A stretch of 64,000 nucleotides of DNA, from assembly GCA_963796965.1 (NCBI GenBank), contig CAWCNS010000004.1:32001-96000 (forward strand), written 5' to 3'. The notes beneath the pieces were generated by a model. The model saw nothing but the letters and a program-made list of their open reading frames with translations. It ran no database searches and was not told the DNA's origin. This document shows, piece by piece, positions 56,199-64,000 of the stretch (positions within the stretch are counted from its first letter, which is position 1; the number at the start of each line of letters is the position of its first letter). The translations under genes were made by a program, and so were the position numbers. This stretch comes from Calditrichia bacterium. Lineage in GTDB: Bacteria; Calditrichota; Calditrichia; JAJRVZ01.

Positions 56199-57920
56199 GA
56201 GGCTGTGTAGAAACACAGCCTCAATACTTTATTTTTAAGTAAATTTTCAGATTTTTAGTTGTTCTTTGACAATATTATTCCAAAAATGCCCGATTTAGGC
56301 AATGAAAAACAAAATGACTTAGATATCAAGCCATTTTCCAGTCATATCTCTGAATCATATCCATAATATCCTGATATGATTCAATAGATAATAATCGCCT
56401 AAAATTATAAACGGTCGTGAAGATATTTATTTCAGTTGTCACTTTTTTCTTACCTCGGAGAAGCAATGGAATTTTTCCCATCCAATATTTAATCGTACCA
56501 AGGGGATGCTCAACCATTTGCTTGCGAAGATGGATCATTTTCTTAGCGGTGATGCCTGACATACGACGACGATAAGTATCACGCCAACTCTGATTATGAT
56601 AACGTTGGATAAGACGTCCATATTTAGAAGTTGTAAATTGGGTTCTCAACATGCATCGGTCACATTCAATACCTTGATAGACATCGTATCGTTGACCGTT
56701 ATCAACTTTGTTTTTCTGTTTCCTTATTAATCGTTTACCTTCTGAGCAACGGTATTCATCTTGTTCTTCATCATAGTTAAAAGTGATAGGGCGATCATCA
56801 TATCTGTGTTTTGGCCTTGGAACATAACAGGTCGTTTGATTTGTATTTTCGACGTTTTCTATCTGAGTCAGGTTATAGTATCCGCTATCGGTAACGGCAG
56901 CCTCAGGTATTAAATCTGTTTCCTGTTCTAATTCTTTGAGCATCGGTTCTATAAGATTGGTATCGTTTGAGGCATCAAAAACGTGGCTGTGGGCGATCAT
57001 GTGATGGGCCTGATCAACAGCAATCTGGGTATTATAGGCTGGAATCATTCCATCGCGACTGCGCATTAAGTTAGCCTGTGGATCACTCTGGCTAATAGAG
57101 GTTCGTGATTGTGATAGTAAAATATCTTTTTGTTTTTGCAGATTTTCTACCTGTTTCTGAAGTTTGGAGATTTTATCAAGCAAGACCTGATTCGTACTAC
57201 CGGGATCCTTGAAGTCATCATCGGAAGAAGATTCGTCAATTTCTTCTAAAAGATCTTCCCGGCGATCATTTATCAATAACTGTTCTAAATATTGATCAAG
57301 TTTTTTGTCCAAGTGGTCTAAACGATGTTCAATTTTCTTGATGGTTAGCATATCTTTGTTGGTATTGGCTTTCACCTTGCTGCCATCAATAGCAATCAAT
57401 TTTCCCTGGATGTAACCCTTGTCTCTAAGAAAGTGGCGAAACTTTTTAGTAACATATTTAATTGCAGCAGCATTATCTTTGCGGTAGTCAGCAATACTTT
57501 TATGATCGGGTTTAAGGTTGCCTATAAGCCAAATAACTTCGATATTACGATGACATTCGCGTTCTAATTTGCGGCTGGTTTTGATGCTATTTAAATAACC
57601 ATAAAGAAAAAGTTTTAACATCGTTACAGGGTTATAGGCGCGGCGTCCGGAGTTCTTTTGCCCCTTATAGGCAAATTCTTCCGGGTTAGCTGACACAATA
57701 GCATCAATAAGAGCATCGATCAATCGAACGTAATGGTCATAGGGAACCAAGTCATCGAGCGATTGCATGAAAGTAACCTGGTTACGATCATCTGGAAAAA
57801 TATAATGCATAGATATAGTCCGGTTAATTTTAAATAATTAACCTAATTTAATAAATAACAATATATTATGTTAGATTTCTTTAAAAATTTGAGGTTGTGT
57901 GGTTGTTTTCACACAACCTC
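56199..57920 (-). mobile_element. IS1182-family insertion sequence, 1722 bp, TTAA target duplication
   Basis: Terminal IRs gaggctgtgtagaaac / gaggttgtgtgaaaac (13/16); TTAA at 56195-56198 and 57921-57924. Confidence 0.9.
56326..57810 (-). CDS. IS1182-family DDE transposase
   Basis: GRRAYNP..MLKLFLYGY, SRKLE, PDHKSIADYR, AIDGSKVKAN, AYNTQ, DSGY, VEHPLGTIK. Confidence 0.95.
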   Translation of the reverse strand: MHYIFPDDRNQVTFMQSLDDLVPYDHYVRLIDALIDAIVSANPEEFAYKGQKNSGRRAYNPVTMLKLFLYGYLNSIKTSRKLERECHRNIEVIWLIGNLKPDHKSIADYRKDNAAAIKYVTKKFRHFLRDKGYIQGKLIAIDGSKVKANTNKDMLTIKKIEHRLDHLDKKLDQYLEQLLINDRREDLLEEIDESSSDDDFKDPGSTNQVLLDKISKLQKQVENLQKQKDILLSQSRTSISQSDPQANLMRSRDGMIPAYNTQIAVDQAHHMIAHSHVFDASNDTNLIEPMLKELEQETDLIPEAAVTDSGYYNLTQIENVENTNQTTCYVPRPKHRYDDRPITFNYDEEQDEYRCSEGKRLIRKQKNKVDNGQRYDVYQGIECDRCMLRTQFTTSKYGRLIQRYHNQSWRDTYRRRMSGITAKKMIHLRKQMVEHPLGTIKYWMGKIPLLLRGKKKVTTEINIFTTVYNFRRLLSIESYQDIMDMIQRYDWKMA

Positions 57921-58099
57921 TTAATCGCGCCGCTACCTTTTACATAGTTTAAATTATCCGGTAAAGAATTAGATATGTATTCATAAAACGAGATCTCCGA
58001 TGGTTTATTGATTTCCTGAAAAAATAGTTATAGCATAATAGGATAAAAATATTTATTATATTTCACCTTACATAGTTCACTCCTATTAGGAGATATACA

Positions 58100-58981
58100 A
58101 TGATATCTCGAAGAAATTTAACCAAAATTTCTGCTCTCAGTCTTAGTGGGTTAATGATTCCCGCATTAAGTAGCAGGGCCGGTATTTCATCGAATAAGGA
58201 GGAAAAGCAAACCTATGAAAACCATATGAAGGGAATTCGAATTCTTCCGGGGCATTGGCGACCCCATTATCCTTTTGAGCAGATTGCATGGGTCAGTCCA
58301 CCCTGGCCTAGTCAGGATTATATTTGGTTAGATTTTCCAGAGGCGATATTTACCAGCATCGGTCTCATATTCTTAAGTCATGTTAACCCACCCTTTCCTG
58401 TCGTTTTTCCGGATTTACCGCGCGTACCCTGGATTGAAACTGCGGGAGGATTAAAATTTGACAGGGCATTGCCAAATGGTATTCACTTTGGGGGTTCAGT
58501 TCTAAAAAAGGATAACAATGTAGTTGCACTTAAACTCTATATAGATAATGGAAGCAACAAACCACTTAAAAGAATTAAACTACAAACCTGTGCTTATTTA
58601 AGGGCCATTCAGGAATTTGGTGAATATACCTATGCGAACAAGCTTGTTCATGTCCCGGAGAAGGGTTGGATGAAATTTGCTGAGGCCCGGGATAGTGGTA
58701 TAAAATCAGGGCGATTTAAACTTGGTTGGCGTAGTGGGCCCGCGGCATGTGATCTTCCTGTAATGATTACTCTCTCAAATCAGGAAAAGCGTCTTGTTGG
58801 AATGACCTGGTACGACAGTACCAATACCATGGTTTCAAATCCTGAGCGTCCCTGTATGCATGCCGATCCGGTTTTTTCAGATCTGGAGCCGGGACAGCGG
58901 GCTGATATTTATGGCGAGTTGTTATTTTTTGAGGGAAGTCCGGATGATTTTACTGCCTGGTTTAAAGATCGCTGGAAATAA
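58100..58981 (+). CDS. Tat-exported hypothetical protein
   Basis: MISRRNL Tat motif; aromatic-rich beta-sandwich-like sequence. Confidence 0.7.
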   Translation: MISRRNLTKISALSLSGLMIPALSSRAGISSNKEEKQTYENHMKGIRILPGHWRPHYPFEQIAWVSPPWPSQDYIWLDFPEAIFTSIGLIFLSHVNPPFPVVFPDLPRVPWIETAGGLKFDRALPNGIHFGGSVLKKDNNVVALKLYIDNGSNKPLKRIKLQTCAYLRAIQEFGEYTYANKLVHVPEKGWMKFAEARDSGIKSGRFKLGWRSGPAACDLPVMITLSNQEKRLVGMTWYDSTNTMVSNPERPCMHADPVFSDLEPGQRADIYGELLFFEGSPDDFTAWFKDRWK

Positions 58982-58993
58982 ATCAAAATTCTT

Positions 58994-59214
58994 ACCGCAA
59001 AGACGCCAAGGTTACGCAAAGTTCGCAAAGAAAAATTTAGGTTTTTAGATTATACCAACTCTAAATCTTGATTATCAACCAAAAATCTTTACAAAACTGA
59101 ATTAAAAATATATTATAAACAAATATGATTTTAAAACAAAAATATTGACAAACCAATAATCCAAAATCGAGTTAAAACTTCCCGTGCTTTGCGCCTTCCT
59201 TGCGTCTTTGCGGT
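58994..59214. repeat. Non-coding element with CGCAAAG-type 9-mer inverted ends, copy A
   Basis: accgcaaagacgc ... gcgtctttgcggt, 13-bp perfect IR. Confidence 0.8.
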
Positions 59215-59282
59215 TAGAATCTCTATCTTGGAATTACAGGTGTGCGGGCAAAAGCAAAACAACAAGTAAGAAGGGATACGAA

Positions 59283-62200
59283 TTGTATAATAAAATATTA
59301 AATAACATTTTCATATTCAGTTTATTCGTTGCACTTATTGCATCAATAATAGGATGTGATAGTCAAAAAGAACTATATCGTAACGATTTGTTGGCGAATT
59401 TCAAAAATCCGCCAAAGGCAGCCCATCCTGGCGTGTACTGGTATTTTATGGATGGAAATCTTTCGCGAACAGAGATGACCGCCGATCTGGAATCGATGAA
59501 AGAGGCGGGAATTTTCCATTTGGTTTTTTTAGAGGTAAATGTTGGGGTTCCACGGGGATCGGTTGATTTGTTAAGTGAGGAATGGCAGGACTTGTTCAAA
59601 CATGCTGTGCGGGAAGCGGAAAGATTAGGAATTGAAATTACTCTTGGAGTAGGACCAGGCTGGTCAGGTAGTGGGGGACCCTGGGTCAAACCTGAGCAAT
59701 CCATGCAGCACTTGGTTGCAAGTATAACAGAAGTTGAGGGACCAATAAAATTTTCTGGAAAGCTTCCTGTTCCTTTACCACGGCGCCCCTATTTTGGCGA
59801 GGGTGGATTAACAGAAAAAATGAGAGAGCAATGGTTATTCTTTTATGAGGATGTATGTGTATTAGCTTTTCCCACGCCCAAACAAGGAGGAAAAATTGAG
59901 GATAGTGATGAAAAGGCCCTCTATTACCGTGCCCCTTATAGCTCACGTCCAAAGGTAAAACCTTTTTTGGCAATGCCGGGAACCTATCAGACAATTCCGG
60001 AAGGTTCAGCGATTCAAAAAAATGAAATAGTAGAGTTAACAAGTGCTTTGCAGGAGGACGGTCGTCTCGCCTGGAATGTGCCAGAAGGTGGCTGGACGAT
60101 TATGCGTTTTGGCAAGCGAAATAATGGCGCTATTACAAGACCGGCTCCCCAACCCGGTTTGGGGTTCGAAAGCGATAAATTTGACCGTCAGGCATTTGAT
60201 GACCATTTTGATAAATACGTCGGAACCTTAATTAGAAAAGTGCAGCCGAAGAAGGTTAAAAGTGGTGGTGGCTGGACTATGCTCCATATGGATAGCTGGG
60301 AGATGGGGGCTCAAAACTGGACAAAAGAATTTCAAAAAGAATTTAAATCACGACGTGGTTATGATTTGTTGCCTTTTTTACCTACCTATCTGGGTTTTTG
60401 CGTAGAGAACATGGAAATGAGTGAGCGGTTTTTGTGGGATATTCGTAAAACTGCCCAGGAATTGGTCCTGGAAAATCATGCAGGTCGCATCAAGGAATTG
60501 GGACGTCAATACAATTTTGGACTTTCTATTGAACCCTATGATATGAATCCCTGTGCCGATCTGGATCTTGGGGCTCTTGCCGATGTTCCCATGTGCGAGT
60601 TCTGGAGTATAGGTTATGGTTTTAATACTTCCTACAGTTGTTTTGAAGCCACATCCATTGCCCATATTACCGGCCAGCCGGTTGTTGCTGCCGAGGCATT
60701 TACCGCATCGGGTAAAGAAGCCTGGAAATTATATCCCGGTAAAATGAAAAATCAAGGTGACTGGGCCCTGAGCACGGGGATTAATCGGTTTGTTTACCAT
60801 ACTTTTGCTCATAAGCCTTTAGGGTCTATCTATCGCCCGGGAATGTCAATGGGACCTTATGGGGTTCATTGGGATCGCGGACAGACCTGGTGGCCTTTTG
60901 TTTCCACTTATCATAAATATATTGCACGTTGCTCGTATTTACTGCAACAGGGAAATACAGAAGCGGATATCTTGTATCTCACGCCTGAGGGTGCACCACA
61001 TGTTTTTTTACCACCTCGTTCGGCACTGACGGAGAACGACACTATTCCTGACCGTCGTGGATATAATTTTGACGGTTGTTCTCCAGATCTGCTCATCTCT
61101 CTGGCTACTGTTGAGGATAATAAAATTGTATTTCCGGGGGGCGCATCCTACCCAATTATGGTTCTCCCCGCTGTAAAAACTATGACACCCGAATTGCTGA
61201 ATAAATTAGAATTATTAGTAAAGCAGGGCGCATCAATTATTGGTACACCACCTTCCACATCTCCCAGCCTGGTCAATTATCCTCAATGCGATATCCAGGT
61301 CAGTTCTGTGGCAGATAGGCTATGGGGAGGAATGCAAATACCAAAACATTTAACAGTTCGCTACTATGGTGAGGGAAAGATTTTTTGGGGTGGGGATGCT
61401 TCTCTTCCAGATTCTGCGGGGCTATATCCTGAATATAATACAACGGCTAAAATATTAGAAGTAGAAGGTGTTATAGAGGACTTTAGGTCAACGGGTCCTA
61501 TTCGTTATACACATCGTCGAACCGACGATCTTGATATATATTTTGTTTCCAACCGCAGTGATAAGCAGATAAATGTCGATTGTGAATTCCGTATTAATGA
61601 GGGCGTCCCTGAATTATGGGATCCGCAAACTGGAGAAGCCCGTTTATTACCAGACTATAGCCATAAGGAAGGGGTAACACGTCTATCCCTTGAATTCGAC
61701 GTCCACCAAAGCTATTTTATTCTTTTTGATAAAAACAGAAAAACATCCCTGAAAGGAGGGGATGATAACAATTTTAAACAAAAAAGAATGTTAGCAGCAG
61801 TTGAAGGCCCCTGGCAGGTTTCTTTTGATCCAAAATGGGGTGGACCGGAATCAGTTATATTTAATTATTTAGATGATTGGACAAAGCGCCCTGAAAAGGG
61901 GATCCGTTATTATTCCGGTATTGCCGTTTATCGTCAAGCATTTGATTTACCGGTAAACATAACCCTGAATGAAAATTCGAAATTGTATCTTGATCTGGGT
62001 GAGGTAAATCACCTGGCCCGCGTCCATCTTAATGGTGAAGTTTTAGGTGTCCTATGGACGGCGCCTTGGTCTGTAGATATTTCGGGAGCCGTACGACGGC
62101 AAGATAATGCATTGGAAATTGAGGTGGTTAATCTGTGGCCAAACCGGCTTATCGGTGATGAACAATTACCGTTTGATGGTATTAAGGATGGTCAATGGCC

Positions 62201-62333
62201 TGACTGGTTGGTTAAAGGGCAAAAACGAAGCAGCGGCCGATATACCTTTACCGTTCGTCAACATTATAAGGCGGATTCACCATTGATAAAATCCGGACTC
62301 ATCGGCCCGGTTAGAATAGTCCGTCTAGAATAA
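59283..62333 (+). CDS. Glycoside hydrolase family 106 (alpha-L-rhamnosidase-like), lipoprotein
   Basis: YWYFMDGN, GWSGSGGPWV, HMDSWE, PMCEFW, AAEAFT, VVNLWPNRLIGD, SGLIGPV; likely TTG start 59283. Confidence 0.9.
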   Translation: MYNKILNNIFIFSLFVALIASIIGCDSQKELYRNDLLANFKNPPKAAHPGVYWYFMDGNLSRTEMTADLESMKEAGIFHLVFLEVNVGVPRGSVDLLSEEWQDLFKHAVREAERLGIEITLGVGPGWSGSGGPWVKPEQSMQHLVASITEVEGPIKFSGKLPVPLPRRPYFGEGGLTEKMREQWLFFYEDVCVLAFPTPKQGGKIEDSDEKALYYRAPYSSRPKVKPFLAMPGTYQTIPEGSAIQKNEIVELTSALQEDGRLAWNVPEGGWTIMRFGKRNNGAITRPAPQPGLGFESDKFDRQAFDDHFDKYVGTLIRKVQPKKVKSGGGWTMLHMDSWEMGAQNWTKEFQKEFKSRRGYDLLPFLPTYLGFCVENMEMSERFLWDIRKTAQELVLENHAGRIKELGRQYNFGLSIEPYDMNPCADLDLGALADVPMCEFWSIGYGFNTSYSCFEATSIAHITGQPVVAAEAFTASGKEAWKLYPGKMKNQGDWALSTGINRFVYHTFAHKPLGSIYRPGMSMGPYGVHWDRGQTWWPFVSTYHKYIARCSYLLQQGNTEADILYLTPEGAPHVFLPPRSALTENDTIPDRRGYNFDGCSPDLLISLATVEDNKIVFPGGASYPIMVLPAVKTMTPELLNKLELLVKQGASIIGTPPSTSPSLVNYPQCDIQVSSVADRLWGGMQIPKHLTVRYYGEGKIFWGGDASLPDSAGLYPEYNTTAKILEVEGVIEDFRSTGPIRYTHRRTDDLDIYFVSNRSDKQINVDCEFRINEGVPELWDPQTGEARLLPDYSHKEGVTRLSLEFDVHQSYFILFDKNRKTSLKGGDDNNFKQKRMLAAVEGPWQVSFDPKWGGPESVIFNYLDDWTKRPEKGIRYYSGIAVYRQAFDLPVNITLNENSKLYLDLGEVNHLARVHLNGEVLGVLWTAPWSVDISGAVRRQDNALEIEVVNLWPNRLIGDEQLPFDGIKDGQWPDWLVKGQKRSSGRYTFTVRQHYKADSPLIKSGLIGPVRIVRLE

Positions 62334-62342
62334 TACGTATCA

Positions 62343-62542
62343 ACCGCAAAGTACGCAAAGAAGATTAAAAGGATTTTAAATCGTACCAAGCTTAAATTAT
62401 TGGTTTTAATCAGAGCTCTGCATTATTTATTCTTTCTTCAAACAGCATATCATGGTTTTCAGCAGAGACCTGAATGAACCGAGTAACAAAAATATTAAGA
62501 ATAATCTTTGCGTTCGCTGCGCCTTCTTTGCGTCCTTGCGGT
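62343..62542. repeat. Non-coding element with CGCAAAG-type inverted ends, copy B
   Basis: accgcaaagtacgcaaag ... ctttgcgtccttgcggt; internal tttta.at..taccaa...taaat shared with copy A. Confidence 0.8.
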
Positions 62543-62569
62543 AAAAAAATACTCTGAAGTATGGGTATA

Positions 62570-62764
62570 CTAGTTTATCGTGCAGGTCATGTCCTGGCCA
62601 CAGCAAAGTGGTGACTTAATCTTACCATGGTCATTGGGACATTTTGAGATCTGAACTTCCGATCCATCATCCAATTTCAAAGTATCATTAACAAGGGGTT
62701 CATCGCATTTGCCACAGGTAGCATTAACAGACATGCCGCATACTGAACATTCATAGGTTGCCAT
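62570..62764 (-). CDS. Small Cys-rich metal-binding protein (desulforedoxin-like termini)
   Basis: GAGGAG RBS; YECSVCG, CGKC, CPNDH, CCGQDM. Confidence 0.8.
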   Translation of the reverse strand: MATYECSVCGMSVNATCGKCDEPLVNDTLKLDDGSEVQISKCPNDHGKIKSPLCCGQDMTCTIN

Positions 62765-62930
62765 TTAATTTTCCTCCTCAATAAACAGGTTAAATTACAT
62801 TCGGTTTGATAACCCGAATGATATATTTATTTTTTTTAATATAATAGGAATATTTTTTTGAAAATTCTATAGTTGATAAATATTATTTTATCAGAAATTC
62901 TGGGCATTATTATTTAATATCTAAAACATA

Positions 62931-64000
62931 TTAACTCTGTTCTGCCAGCATTAACAACGAATCGGCCACTTGAAAATTTCCACTGGCTTTTTGAATGTCT
63001 GCCAGATTGCTCATACATCTTTTTGTGAATGAATGAGATTCACCCAGCAAGCTTATGGCAGTCTGCAAGGCTGTATGAGCGTAGTGAAGTGCCTGGTCAT
63101 ATTCTTTCAATGCCAAAAGAGTTATCGAAGCAAAAACCATTGTATTGGCGGTGGTAAAATGTCTCTCGCCAAGAAGTTCCCGGCACATGACTATGGCTTG
63201 TTCCAAATATTCTTTTGACAGTTGATAATCCTGCAGATGATAATACACAGCACCGATATTCTTTAAAGTACGTGCAACAGCCTGATGTTTTGCGCCATTT
63301 GCATTGCGGTGTATTTGCAGAGCCTCAAAAAAGAGTCTCCTTTGCCTGCAAATATTCACCCTTTTCTATCAATGCCCTTCCCAGGTTATTCAGATTATAG
63401 CCTACATTTGGATGCTGGTCGCCTAGCAATTTACGACGCATAATTAACGCCTGACGGTAAAGATCTTCCGCTTCATCCAGTTCTCCGGTTCTCACAAGAA
63501 GGCTTGCCAGACCGTTTAGACTGTAAGCAACATCCGGATGTTCAACGCCATATAGTTGACGATCCATCTCTAAGACTTTACGATGCATAATGACAGCTTC
63601 ATCTATATTATCCATGTCACGCATTAACTGGGCATAATTATATAGAGTCGTTGCAATTTCGGGATGAGGTTCTCCGTAAGCCTCTTTCAAAATTTTCAGA
63701 CTTTCTTTGAAATATACCTCAGCTTCGTCATATCTGTTCATTTCATGGCGTAATAAAGCAAGATCATTTAACGTTACCCCAAGATCCGGATCATTGTTCA
63801 GGCGTTGGATCTGCATGGCTTTTAAATAAAGTGTATCCGCTTTATTATAGTCTCCCAGGAGATTCCAGGCCCAGGCCATACTGACATAGGACCCTGCCAA
63901 ATGTGGATCATCCATTGAAAGACTATTCTGATTGATCAGCAGAGCATTGTTTAAAATTAAAATAGCTGCTTCATAATCACCCTCGGCAATTTTAAGATCA
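62931..64000 (-). CDS. Kinesin-light-chain-type TPR protein (C-terminal part; runs off window; frameshift ~63350)
   Basis: Repeated HPxVAxxLNNLA...GxxxEAExLYRQAL units. Confidence 0.85.

Noticed and set aside
59184..59282. N-terminal extension of GH106 in the ORF track
   Set aside because: It is translation through the inverted-repeat element; the signal peptide starts near 59283.

Overview
About 64 kb of AT-rich bacterial chromosome. The gene repertoire (secreted proteins ending in 'QNYPNPFNP' sorting tails, a Ser/Thr kinase-TPR protein, TonB receptor, GH106) suggests an FCB-affiliated organism such as Calditrichota; this is inference only. About 16 genes are split by 1-nt frameshifts, which points to uncorrected long-read errors rather than true pseudogenes. 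Main points: (1) a prophage-independent locus at 35.9-43.4 kb with three tandem phage tail-collar proteins, a GNAT and a DUF6916-like protein, divergent from a Tat-exported binding protein and a large secreted DUF11 adhesin-like protein; (2) a ~15-heme cytochrome c carrying a T9SS-type C-terminal sorting domain; (3) a non-coding array of a palindromic 12-mer with a strict 23-bp period; (4) a complete IS1182 inserted at TTAA in the centre of a REP-like palindrome; (5) gene remnants missed by the ORF track (an internally deleted ptrB copy and a NarL-type receiver fragment); (6) several families of 7-mer and 9-mer intergenic repeats, one translated inside a sorting domain. No rRNA, tRNA or CRISPR array was recognised.
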